Part shown: positions 23,038 through 34,448 of the stretch, one piece after another
How positions within the stretch are numbered: the first letter of the stretch is position 1
Layout of the letters: each line of letters begins with the position of its first letter
Source: Azolla caroliniana
Taxonomy: Eukaryota > Plantae > Polypodiophyta
Assembly (NCBI GenBank): GCA_043228905.1
Contig: JBHGNT010000006.1
Coordinates: 20,708,001 to 20,772,000, forward strand
Direction: 5' to 3'
DNA: 64,000 nucleotides
Program-made: the position numbers and the translations under genes
Notes under the pieces: generated by a model
Databases searched by the model: none
Seen by the model: only the letters and a program-made list of their open reading frames with translations
Told to the model about the DNA's origin: nothing

Positions 23038-25400
23038 ATCCTTGTTTGGGACAAGAGCTCTCTCTTGTTCCTTTCATGATTTGCGGGGCACAGTTAGGAA
23101 TTCGACGGATTTCCCTCCGCTTTGGCTCCGAATTCGTGCGAAAGCCGCACCACTATCGAGCACCTTTGTCTCCATCTATGAAGCCGTGATAAAGGGTTGC
23201 CCGAGGATCACGGAATGTGAGACCTCGTCTTGTACGAAGAAATTTTGGTCAATCTCGACATCCCCGATCTTCACCGTCACATCTGGACAAGCCGCAAATA
23301 GATCTTTCGTTGCTTTAGTGGCTGCCCGGATCTTCCATCCATGGTTAGTGTTTATAGGCCACTTCCCCTTCCGGTAGAACTCCTTGGACATCAAATTTAT
23401 CTCCGATCCATGATCAATCAATGCTAGCACGGGCTCTTTGATGTTTCCGATTCGGACTGGAGTCTCCGTAGTTGCACGTGCCCAATGTGGCATTGTGTAG
23501 TGGGAGTTCGGAATTTCGTCCTCCAATTCGGTGTCATTCATTAAAATGGTATTTGCATTCACCCTTGGAGCATTTTCCTCCGTACTTTGTCTTTTTCTCT
23601 TCACGAGATCCACAAGAAGATCGTGGAACTCCTTCGCTATTCCGAGTAATTCCCGAAGCGAAAATTCTACCCGACTATCAAGGATTCTCTCCTCGAACAC
23701 CTTTTTCAAGTCCGTTTGTTGTTCAATGTTCGAGGCGAGCTTGAATGCCAGAATCTTCTTTTCTTTTCCCTTCCCTCCGGAGTTCCAGCTTTCTAGTGTC
23801 TTCGATGGTCCGGCCGCATCATTTCTACCCAACTATCGAGGATTCTCTCCTCGAACACCTTTTTCAAGTCCGTTTGTTGTTCAATGTCCGAGGCGAGCTT
23901 GAATGCCGGAATCGTCTTTTCTTTTCCCTTCCCTCCGGAGTTCCAGCTTTTTGGTGTCTTCGATGGTCTAGCCGCATCATTTCTACCCGGCTATCGAGGA
24001 TTCTCTCCTCGAACACCTTTTTCAAGTCCGTTTGTTGTTCAATGTCCGAGGCGAGCTTGAATGCCGGAATCGTCTTTTCTTTTCCCTTCCCTCCGGAGTT
24101 CAAGCTTTTCGGTGTCTTCGATGGTCCGGCCGCATCATCCGTGCGCCATCGTTTCTCGTCTACATACACTTCATGCAATTGACATAAGGCGTACACGCTA
24201 TTCTTATCGACGGGGCACTCCCATCCCGTAGCTTCACAGATGCCTTCCGCGGTGCTTCGGATCTCATTGGAGTCGGTTTTCTTGGGGTTTTCTAGCACAT
24301 CCGGCCAAAAAGACGCCTTTGCTCCCGATGACTCACCCACACTTATTCCCGCGGTTGTCGCATAATTACCTTTCACCACTATTTCCTCCTCGAGGACCTT
24401 CTTCATGCCGCCTTTCTGGAAGTTCAGTCGGAGTGGCTTCCGAGAGTCCATCGAATGGATCCGATTTCCCTCGTAGTAGATAAGATCCCGCCGTAACGCC
24501 TTCTTGTGCTCGTCGCAATCCCTCCGATCATGTTCGGTGCTATCACACCATATGCACCGACGGTCCATATACTTCAAGCTTGTGGGATGTTCATCCGACT
24601 TCTTTACCATCGCGATTTTCAGATTCTCCATTTCTTTCAGCAACTGTTCCACCGTGGTTGCATCGATTCCCTTTTCGGTCGTAGTCTCCCGAGCCCTCGG
24701 TTGATGGTCTTCCAATCCGGATCTCGGTTTCGGAATCGGATCCGAAACCCTCTTTTCTTCGTTAGCAAGACATTGCCCCCTCTTTGTGTATCGTGCGACG
24801 ATATCTTGCACATTATCCCATGTATCGGTGAGGCCACTCTTGGTGGTCGTTCCTCCAGAAGCACTCCAAGGTCTTTCCGGTCCTGGACGTCCACGGCTCG
24901 TAGGAACATGATCACTTTGTTCGGTGTGAGGATAGCGTGATCTCTCGCGGACAACCTCCTGGACCGACTTTCGAATGATGAAAACACATCGAGGACCTTC
25001 ATCCCCTTATCCGGTGTTTCTACCCAATCTTCGAATCCCCTCCTCGTTGCCTTGGAAGAGTCCTTGATGGTGAACGTGGTCTTTAGCGCCTCTTCAAATG
25101 CCTCCAATGTCGGATTTTGCTGCTGTATCCCGTGGATACTCCCTTGAAGCTTGTCGGTTGCCACCCGGTTGAAGGATGTCACTTGCAGTCCTTCCGAAAT
25201 CCCGGACCGTAGCATTTCCGCCTTGTAATCTCGCAAATATCGCGACACATCTTTCCCGTTGAATTGCCCGTTCCGTTGCACGAGCCCCTCTACTGCCGCC
25301 GCAATCTCCGACATCGCACATTGTTCTTGTAGCATCCGCTCAAACATCGCCATCATGTTGTTAGCCCCCGGTTGATTTTCCATCTCCTTGCCATCCGGTT
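23028..25400 (-). pseudogene. gag: B1 gag plus aspartic protease (ORF1)
   Basis: FNGKDVSRYL, CIWCDSTEH...C, a DUF4100-like FKLASDIE segment, ALIDHGSEINL, ILGQPF; ends ...MDF*. Confidence 0.85.
23665..24138. repeat. Tandem triplication (3 x 158 bp) within B1 gag
   Basis: Units start at 23665, 23823 and 23981. Confidence 0.9.
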
Positions 25401-25967
25401 TCACGTCGAGTTCACCACTTGTGTCGCGCCTTTCAGCTCCGGATCGTTGCGTGAGTTGGGTGGGAACCACTGAGGTTTTGGACTAGGAGAAAGAAGAATA
25501 CAATATAAGGCTAGTTATGAATAGGTAGAAAGCGAAGTAAGAAATAAAACTTGTGAATCCCACGTTGTCGTGAAGATCCGTCACTACGCGCGGATCGTGA
25601 GGCAGAACCGCCGGGGTTCTGGACCAGAAGGATTTAGAGTCGATACAAGCTTTGGCGAGAAAGCACTAAAGATAGATTGGGAAAGAGAGAAGTTGAGATT
25701 ACACGATCAATTTGATAATGAATTTCTTCCTCTTAATTTTCATAAAAAAAACCCCGTCTTTTTCTCCTCCCCCTTCCCTCTTTTATAGATGCTCTCATGC
25801 ATATGATGCATGTGAGGGTACAAGACATGCATAAATTGCATGTTTGCCATTTGGCGCTTAAGTATTACATGTGGTGCATGCTAACCATGTCACTCATTTT
25901 AGCTCTCATGTATGAGAATTTACATGTAAAAGTACAATGATAGAAATATAATTTCAACTAAATAGCA

Positions 25968-26020
25968 TGGCTTAATGGTAAGCCAATTGACTCTTAACAT
26001 GGAGGTGCAAGGTTCGAATC
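25968..26020 (+). promoter_or_regulatory. tRNA-like A-box/B-box module in B2 LTR U3 (second copy 38273-38325)
   Basis: TGGCTTAATGG ... GACTCTTAA ... AGGT ... GGTTCGAATC with canonical tRNA spacing. Confidence 0.7.
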
Positions 26021-26643
26021 TATACTTGCCCTCCTTGTATATGTAAATATGTATATATATTTATATATTTATTTTATCTAGTCACCGGACGCCGGTTCGC
26101 CGGATACCGTCGCCGGATGCCGATGCCGCCGCCGGATACCGGTGCTGCCGGATTGCGGTCGGATGCCATCGGATCACCGGCTCCATCGCCGGTCCGGTTT
26201 TGGTTGGCCAAAACCCTTTTCGAGTAGCTAGCCACCTCCACTCTTAGTTCAAGTTACCTTGAACTCTCTATGCTCCACACATAGACACAAAGATAATATC
26301 TTTTGCTCCACCTTATATATGATGAGAGCCGTATTTGTCGTGCCTATGTGGGATATCTCACAATTTTCTCTTTTCTTTTCACAAACTTTATACCCTCATA
26401 TCTTGACATTTAGTTGTCCATTTCTCGTGTAATAAAGTGCATTCGAAACCTCCATCATTTTGTACTTAGATATTAAAAATGTTATCTTCACAATTATTGT
26501 ATTACGTGATTCATACTCGATTTCGTACGTTTTATGGGATTTTCACACTATTGCCGAAAATCTTCACGACATCCACCCCCACCAAACCGCACGTCCTTCG
26601 GTACGTGCCAAGAAGAGAAGAAGTGAGATTTCGGCTACGATGA

Positions 26644-28860
26644 TCAATTAGATTCCTCCATGTCTTCATTTTCATCCGGCCTATTATGTTCATCATCGAG
26701 GTAATCGAGGTCAGGATCCTTGTCTTGTCTTTTCTTGAAAAGCTTTACTCTTTTCCCCGTAATGGGTACGACCAACCTTGATCCGTCTAGTTCCGCAAGG
26801 TGGTATGTGGCATTATCGTTGGCACTTGTCACCACATACGGCCCGAACCATCTTCTTGCGAACTTCCTTGTTGTACTATGTTGATTGTCAAGGGTGCTGT
26901 CATAAACCAAAACCCAATCCCCTTCTTCAATCTTCTTGGGACGAAGTCGATGCGTGTTGTCGAACCGAACTTTGTTCTTTACTCGGGCTGCCTTCATCAT
27001 CTTTCACGCTTTTTCTAAATCTTCAGGTCTTCTTTCAAGTTGCCTTATCCGCGCCGCTAATAACTCTTCTCGGCTCATCTCGTTCCCCCACGGTATCGCT
27101 ACCCATGAGGCGATCGTCCTTTCGATGGGCATAATCGGCTTTTGTCCATACATAAGCTCCGTCGGCATATACCCTGTCACCGAGCTATGTGTCGTTCTAT
27201 CGGCCCACAAGGCATAGGGTAATAGTCATGGCCAATTCCCAACTCGACCGTTGCATGCCTGTACGATGGCTTTAACGATAGGTCCATGCCCTCGCTCGAT
27301 CATCCCATTTGCTTCCGGATTGTAGGCAATCGTGAGGGAGAGCTTCACGCCTAGTCTTTCGAAGAGCTCCGTTGGTTCGTGCGCGTCCAACTCCCCTCGG
27401 TCGGCCACTATCTTCCCTACACATCCATATCGGCAAACAACATCTTCAAGTAAAAATTTACAAACGGCTGAAGTCGTCTTATTGGTCAAGGCTCGTCCTT
27501 CCACTTGATTTGTCAAGTCTTCCCTTGCGAGCGCTAAGTACTTCATTTGTCCCACTCCCATTGGCATCGAGACCAGATCCACCATCCATTTGAAGTGAAT
27601 GGTGAGTGGGTATGTCGGCTTTAACTCATCACGATGACGTATATTTGAATATATTTGGCAAGTTTCACATGTGGAAACGAAATGGAGTACATCTTTGTAC
27701 ATGCTTGGCCACCAATACTTCTCCTTCAATTTTTCGAACGTCGCCCATGTTCCTCTATGACCTGCCCAAGCACTCTCGTGGAATTCGGTCATCAGCATCT
27801 CTTGCTCTTCTTTCTTTACCACCACTCGACGTGGTATTCCTGTCCTTCTTTTTGGATGTCGCCAAAGGAATCCTCCCTTCAAGAAGTATCGATAAGCTTT
27901 CTTCCGGATTCGTAGGGCCTCCTCCTTTGTCAACGAAGCATCGGTCGTCAATGTTCTTAGGAATCTACCGATGTGTAACCACTCTCCTTCGTACTCGTTC
28001 TCGTTGAAGGCGTGGAGGGTTTGCGTGTCCTGGTCTTCCGCCGACAATCGAGCCATCTTGAAGAAGTCGAGGGCGACATCTTCATCTTCCGAAACCATGT
28101 TACTTCCATTTGAAAATCTTGCCCTCGACAGCATGTCAGCCATGGCGTTCTTCTTTCCTGCGATGTGACAGATCTCTGGGTTTAAAGACTTGATGGAGGA
28201 GATCCACCTTAGCATAGCAAGATCTGGGGTCGCACATCCCGAGACCATTCCGAGAATTGGGAGACAATCTGTCTCTATTATCACTTCTGATCCGATCAGG
28301 TAATCTTTGTCTGTCTTCACTGCCGACACAATACCCCAAAGTTCCCGCTTGACTTGGGCATATCTTTGTTGCCGTTCACTGAGAACCTTTGCTCCGAACC
28401 GGACGGAATATCGCGCATTATCTTCACCTTCTTGATTGATGACCCACCCGATTCCGGTTGGGCTCGTATCTACGGTCACGTAAATTGGTTTCCCTTCGGC
28501 ATAGTCGGCCTTCCTTAGTGTCGGAGCTTCAAGAAGCAGTTTCTTTAATCTTCGCATCGCCTCTGTGTGCTCGTCTCGCCATTCGAACTTTATTCTTTTC
28601 TTTAGGAGTCCATATAACGGTTCGGCGACATGAGCGTAGTGAGGAATCCATATATGATAAAACGCGCACGCTCCAAGGAACCTTCGAACCTCCGTTTGGT
28701 TTTCGCATTCTTCTTTCATGTCTTGGATTGCGTTCACTTTGGATGGCGAGGGCTTCCGGCCGTATGCTCCACACAAGTGACCTACCACCAAGATCTCCGG
28801 TTGCCCGAATGCGGATTTTTCTCCCGAAAATGTCAAATTCGCATCTTCGAGCCTTTGAAG
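26644..28860 (-). pseudogene. pol: B2 RT C-terminus, RNase H and integrase
   Basis: DTSPTGIG, AMADMLSR, HHCC zinc finger, ADRGELD, a GPY motif (FARRWFGPY); no chromodomain. Confidence 0.9.
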
Positions 28861-29296
28861 TGTTGGGATTTACGGTCCCTCCGGATGGGATGTCCGGAGA
28901 TGAATGACGGCAAGCCCGGTTACGGTTACGGAACCGGATGAAGATACAGGTCCGGTGAGCGCACTCTCCGGATGATGAAGAATACCCGGTATGAAGCCGG
29001 ATGAAGAGTACCCGGATACGGATCCGGATGATGAAGTACCCGGATACGGATCCGGATGATGAAGACCCCGGCTACGGAGCCGGATGACGAAGACCCGGCT
29101 ACGGAGCCGGATGATGAATGTACCCGGAGAGAGATCCGGATGCGGGGACATATTTATAAATATGTTTGCCAAGAGCCCTTGAGGCTATATGTGTAAATAG
29201 TCCGAAAGTCATATGTGTATAAATATGACTTAGGGCAAACAGTTTTATGTTGCTGATTATTTTTCTGTTTTCACTTAGAGAGAGTGAAGAGAGCAG

Positions 29297-29335
<39 letters not shown>

Positions 29336-32300
29336 GAGGAGGTCGTTGCCTCTGTGTATTACCGCCGCCTGTGGCGAAGATAGTGAGCTTAAGGTTGTTG
29401 CCTTGAAGCTTCACCATTGTACATCTCTGTTCATAGTGATAGTTGGAGTTTGAGGACTCCCGTGGTTTTTCCCATTTAGGGTTTTCCACGTAAAATATCC
29501 TGTGTACTCTTCTCTCTACTGTCTTAGTGTACTTTGTATTTCCTATTTTCTGTGAGTTAATCCTATTTGTCGGTTGTGGCCGAGCACTGTGGGCAACAAA
29601 GTGGTATCAGAGCGACGGTAACACAGAAAATGGAAGGCGGCGGCAGCGGGCAGCCGGGGATGATGGTGCTGAATGCACAGAACTACGCCGACTGGAAGAT
29701 CAAGATGGAGGATCTTCTGATTGTTCGGGACCTGTACGAACCGATTGACAGGTCGGAAATACCGAAGGGGGTACTTGAGACGGAATGGAAGCTCCTGAAC
29801 CGGAAAGCCGTTGCAACCATTCGGCAATACGTCGATGTAAGTGTTCTGCAACATGTGGCGAACGACACCAACGCATACGAGATGTGGAAGAAGCTGTCGG
29901 GCCTCTACGAGAGGAAGAATGCGTTGAACCGGACCTCCCTGATGAGGAAGATAGTGAACCTCAAGTACCGGGACGGCGAGAGTATGGTGGAACACGTAAG
30001 CACGTTCATGGGATTCGTGAACCAGCTTGCGGCGATCAAGTTCCCGCTGGAGGATGCAATGCAAGCCATCATTCTGATGTGTACATTGCCGGAAAGCTGG
30101 GAGAACTTGGTGGTGACTCTCAGCACCTCCTGCACCGAAGATAACTTGTCTCTACAAACGGTAAAGACAAGTATTCTAAATGAAGAAGCGCGTCGGAGAG
30201 ATAAAGAACCGGCCTCCGACTCGAAGGCGCTGCTTACCGAATCGGAACGGGGAAGACAATGGAACCGGAGTCCGCAAAGACGGGAGAAGTCGGGGACCCG
30301 GTCGCAGTCAAGAGGAAGGCCCACATGCTTCCACTGTGGGAAGCCGGGGCACTTCCGGAAGAATTGTCGGCATTACCGAAAGGACAACGGAGCCGACGAC
30401 ACCGATTCGAAGAAGTCACCGGAGAGAAACGGTGCATACCGGGGAGCCACGGACCGGAGAGGTCCGGATCGGCGAGGGCAGGACCGGAAAGGAACGACGG
30501 CACTCGCGGCAAGTGAAGAGGAGATCATGCTCATTACCGAAGAGAGGGAGCTGAACCTTGCCGGAGAAGAGATGACCTGGGTGGTCGATTCCGGAGCGTC
30601 GTTCCACCTGACCCCGGAGAAGAAATACTTCTCATCCTACACAGCCGGTGAGCATGGTTGTGTCCGGATGGGAAATGAAGGTACATGCCGGATTGCCGGC
30701 ATAGGAGACGTGTGGCTGATGACATCAACCGGATGCAAGATGCTGCTGAAGGATGTTCGACACGTTCCGGAGGTTCGATTGAACCTGATTTCGGCCGGGA
30801 GGCTAGACGATGAAGGCTACACGGGTAGCATCCGGAACGGTGTCATGAAGTTCAGCAAGGGGAGCCTGATAGTAGCTCGGGCCCGGAAGATCAACACGCT
30901 GTACCTGATGAATTCCTGGCTATGTCCGGAGGAGCTGAACGTGGCAGCTGACACTGCCGGTGAGCTATGGCACAAGAGACTGTGCCACATGAGTGAGAAG
31001 GGGATGAAGAGGCTTGCAGAAGACAACCTTATTCCAGTGAAGCATGTGCACCTGGAGAAGTGTACCGACTGTCTGGCCGGTAAGCAAAACCGGACCTCCT
31101 TCCACTCAAGGCCACCGACGAGACGTAGCGCACCATTGGAGCTGGTGCACACTGACGTGTGTCAAGTAGAAACGAAGTCACATGGCGGAGCCCAGTACTT
31201 CGTGACATTCATTGATGACCACAGCCGGAAGCTGTGGACGGCACCGTTGAAGACAAAGGACCAAGTATTGTCCGTCTTCAAAGAACTCCACGCGAGAGTG
31301 GAAAGAGAATCCGGCAAGAAGCTGAAAGCGATACGAGCGGATAACGGAGGGGAATACCGGGGGCAGTTCCAGGAGTACTGTCGCTCGAAGGGAATCCGGC
31401 TCGAGTTTACTGTGCCGAAGACGCCGGAACTAAACGGGCTGGCCGAGAGGATGAACCGGACCATAATGGAGAGGGTCCGGAGTATGCTGGCGCATGCAAA
31501 ATTACCCAAGGGGTTTTGGGCTGAGGCAATGTCGACGGCGACATACGTGATAAACAGATCACCCTCAGTACCTTTGGACGGAGACACGCCGCAGAAAGTG
31601 TGGACCGGTAAGGAAGTGTCCTACCGGCATCTGAAGGTGTTCGGGTGTCTCGCATACGTGCATGTGGCAAAGGACCGGAGAGGAAAGCTAGATCCAAAGA
31701 CCCGGCCATGCATATTCCTCGGTTACGGCGACGACGAGTTCGGCTACCGAGTATGGGACCCGGTCGACAAGAAGATATTCAGGAGTCGAGACATCATCTT
31801 CATGGAGGACAAGACACTCGCCGACTGGGAGTCGGAGAAGAAGATGAAGAGCTCCAAGTCGACCGGTGAGGATCAACTCTACGAGGAGCAGTCCCGACCG
31901 GCAAGGGACCGGTTAGCACTCGAGGATCCGGCCGAAGACGGTGAAGAAACCGAACCGGCCGAGGAAGATGAAAATGATACCGGAACCGGCCCCGATCCCG
32001 AAATGGATTCGGATGAAGAAGAATCGGAAGAACCGGTTACCGAAGCTCCGGAACGGAGATATCCTCTAAGAGAGAGAAGGGCCCCCCGGAGATTTCCGGA
32101 ACCAGAGCACGTGCTGCTAACCGACGAGGGGGAGCCGGAGAATTTTGAAGAAGCAGAGCTTGACACACATAGCCGTAGGTGGTTAAGTGCCATGCAGGAG
32201 GAGATGGATTCCCTGCATGAGAACCACACATATGAACTTGTGGAGTTGCCGAAAGGAAAGCGGGCACTTCGAAACAAGTGGGTGTTCAAGCTGAAACCGG

Positions 32301-34149
32301 GAGATGCCGGAAACCCCCCGAGATACAAAGCCAGGATCGTGGTGAAGGGGTTCCAGCAGAAGAAGGGCGTCGACTTTGACGAGATATTTGCCCCGGTAGT
32401 GAAGATGACCTCCATCCGGACGGTGCTGAGCATAGCGGCAAGCATGAACCTCGAGGTAGAACAGATGGACGTGAAGACGGCATTCCTTCACGGTGACCTC
32501 GAAGAAGAGATCTACATGCAGCAACCGGAAGGATTCGAGAAGAAAGGGAAGGAGCACCTGGTATGCCGGTTGAAGAAGAGCCTCTACGGTCTGAAGCAGG
32601 CTCCCCGGCAGTGGTACCGGAAGTTCGACTCCTTCATGACCGACGAAGGGTACCACAAAACGCAGTCCGATCACTGCGTGTTTGTGAAGAAGTTCGAAGG
32701 AGGAGACTCTCTAATACTCCTCCTGTACGTGGACGACATGTTGATCGTCGGACGGGACCAGGTCAAGATACGGACGCTGAAGAAAGCACTTCACCGAACC
32801 TTCTCAATGAAGGACCTGGGTCCGGCGAGGCAAATACTAGGGATGCACATCATCCGGGACCGGAAGAAGAAGCAGTTGTGGCTATCACAGGAGAAGTACG
32901 TGACAAAGGTGCTTCAACGGTTCAACATGTCGGAAGCAAGACCAGTCGGGTCGACTCTCCCGGCAAACTGCAAGCTGTCCAGCAAGCAAAGTCCCAAGAC
33001 AAAGGCTGAGAAGGAGGACATGATGAAAGTACCATATGCCTCTGCCGTCGGAAGCTTGATGTACGCAATGGTGTGTACAAGACCGGACATAGGATATGCA
33101 GTCGGAGTGGTGAGCCGGTACATGAGCAATCCCGGCAAAGAGCATTGGAACGCGGTCAAGTGGATACTCCGATACCTGAAGGGCACGGCAAACGTGTGCC
33201 TCCGATTCGGCTCCGGTAAGCCCGAACTCGACGGCTTCACCGATTCGGATATGTCGGCTGATGCAGATACCAGCCGGTCCACATCAGGGTATGTGATGAC
33301 GTATGCAGGGGGAGCTGTTTCGTGGCAGTCGAGGCTGCAGAAGACGGTTGCGTTGTCAACCACGGAGGCGGAGTACATGGCGGCTGTTGAAGCCGGCAAG
33401 GAAATAATATGGATGAAGGACTTCATTAGAGAGCTCGGTATCCGGCAGGAGGAGTATCGACTCTACTGCGACAGTCAGAGTGCCATCCACCTTGCGAAGA
33501 ACGCGGCCTATCACTCCCGGACGAAGCACATCCAGCGAAGATATCACTGGATCCGGGAAAGGATAGAAGATCAGGAGTTCGTGCTGACGAAGATCCACAG
33601 GGACGAGAACGGGTCGGATATGCTGACCAAGGTACTTACACCCGACAAGCTGGAAGCATGCCGGAAGAGGATCGGATTGGAGAGACATCCCATGCCGAAG
33701 TGAAGGGGGAGTTTGTTGGGATTTACGGTCCCTCCGGATGGGATGTCCGGAGATGAATGACGGCAAGCCCGGTTACGGTTACGGAACCGGATGAAGATAC
33801 AGGTCCGGTGAGCGCACTCTCCGGATGATGAAGAATACCCGGTATGAAGCCGGATGAAGAGTACCCGGATACGGATCCGGATGATGAAGTACCCGGATAC
33901 GGATCCGGATGATGAAGACCCCGGCTACGGAGCCGGATGACGAAGACCCGGCTACGGAGCCGGATGATGAATGTACCCGGAGAGAGATCCGGATGCGGGG
34001 ACATATTTATAAATATGTTTGCCAAGAGCCCCTGAGGCTATATGTGTAAATAGTCCGAAAGTCATATGTGTATAAATATGACTTAGGGCAAACAGTTTTA
34101 TGTTGCTGATTATTTTTCTGTTTTCACTTAGAGAGAGTGAAGAGAGCAG

Positions 34150-34180
<31 letters not shown>

Positions 34181-34443
34181 GAGGAGGTCGTTGCCTCTGT
34201 GTATTACCGCCGCCTGTGGCGAAGATAGTGAGCTTAAGGTTGTTGCCTTGAAGCTTCACCATTGTACATCTCTGTTCATAGTGATAGTTGGAGTTTGAGG
34301 ACTCCCGTGGTTTTTCCCATTTAGGGTTTTCCACGTAAAATATCCTGTGTACTCTTCTCTCTACTGTCTTAGTGTACTTTGTATTTCCTATTTTCTGTGA
34401 GTTAATCCTATTTGTCGGTTGTGGCCGAGCACTGTGGGCAACA
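28861..34443 (+). mobile_element. Ty1/Copia element C2 (Tnt1/Tork-like), intact, inserted in the B2 RT region
   Basis: LTRs 28861-29598 and 33714-34443 differ by about 1 SNP and GA-repeat length. TSD TGAAG. PBS at 29602-29613. PPT at 33702-33713. Confidence 0.97.
29630..33703 (+). CDS. gag-pol: C2 gag-pol polyprotein (1357 aa): Gag-PR-IN-RT-RH
   Basis: Uninterrupted ORF from MEGGGSG with the catalytic motifs (DSGAS, integrase DDE, YVDD, RNase H). Confidence 0.95.
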   Translation: MEGGGSGQPGMMVLNAQNYADWKIKMEDLLIVRDLYEPIDRSEIPKGVLETEWKLLNRKAVATIRQYVDVSVLQHVANDTNAYEMWKKLSGLYERKNALNRTSLMRKIVNLKYRDGESMVEHVSTFMGFVNQLAAIKFPLEDAMQAIILMCTLPESWENLVVTLSTSCTEDNLSLQTVKTSILNEEARRRDKEPASDSKALLTESERGRQWNRSPQRREKSGTRSQSRGRPTCFHCGKPGHFRKNCRHYRKDNGADDTDSKKSPERNGAYRGATDRRGPDRRGQDRKGTTALAASEEEIMLITEERELNLAGEEMTWVVDSGASFHLTPEKKYFSSYTAGEHGCVRMGNEGTCRIAGIGDVWLMTSTGCKMLLKDVRHVPEVRLNLISAGRLDDEGYTGSIRNGVMKFSKGSLIVARARKINTLYLMNSWLCPEELNVAADTAGELWHKRLCHMSEKGMKRLAEDNLIPVKHVHLEKCTDCLAGKQNRTSFHSRPPTRRSAPLELVHTDVCQVETKSHGGAQYFVTFIDDHSRKLWTAPLKTKDQVLSVFKELHARVERESGKKLKAIRADNGGEYRGQFQEYCRSKGIRLEFTVPKTPELNGLAERMNRTIMERVRSMLAHAKLPKGFWAEAMSTATYVINRSPSVPLDGDTPQKVWTGKEVSYRHLKVFGCLAYVHVAKDRRGKLDPKTRPCIFLGYGDDEFGYRVWDPVDKKIFRSRDIIFMEDKTLADWESEKKMKSSKSTGEDQLYEEQSRPARDRLALEDPAEDGEETEPAEEDENDTGTGPDPEMDSDEEESEEPVTEAPERRYPLRERRAPRRFPEPEHVLLTDEGEPENFEEAELDTHSRRWLSAMQEEMDSLHENHTYELVELPKGKRALRNKWVFKLKPGDAGNPPRYKARIVVKGFQQKKGVDFDEIFAPVVKMTSIRTVLSIAASMNLEVEQMDVKTAFLHGDLEEEIYMQQPEGFEKKGKEHLVCRLKKSLYGLKQAPRQWYRKFDSFMTDEGYHKTQSDHCVFVKKFEGGDSLILLLYVDDMLIVGRDQVKIRTLKKALHRTFSMKDLGPARQILGMHIIRDRKKKQLWLSQEKYVTKVLQRFNMSEARPVGSTLPANCKLSSKQSPKTKAEKEDMMKVPYASAVGSLMYAMVCTRPDIGYAVGVVSRYMSNPGKEHWNAVKWILRYLKGTANVCLRFGSGKPELDGFTDSDMSADADTSRSTSGYVMTYAGGAVSWQSRLQKTVALSTTEAEYMAAVEAGKEIIWMKDFIRELGIRQEEYRLYCDSQSAIHLAKNAAYHSRTKHIQRRYHWIRERIEDQEFVLTKIHRDENGSDMLTKVLTPDKLEACRKRIGLERHPMPK

Positions 34444-34448
34444 TGAAG

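Noticed and set aside
25961-26035. Functional tRNA-Lys gene (and tRNA genes in the B1 and F LTRs)
   Set aside because: Acceptor and anticodon stems do not pair; kept only as tRNA-like promoter modules.
29567-29629. N-terminal 21 aa of the 1378-aa ORF
   Set aside because: Lies in the LTR/PBS with a non-ATG start; the real start is the ATG at 29630.
34128-34443. C-terminal extension of the 504-aa RT ORF (similarly 16642-16679 and 55336-55402)
   Set aside because: Chimeric read-through into the LTR of an inserted element.
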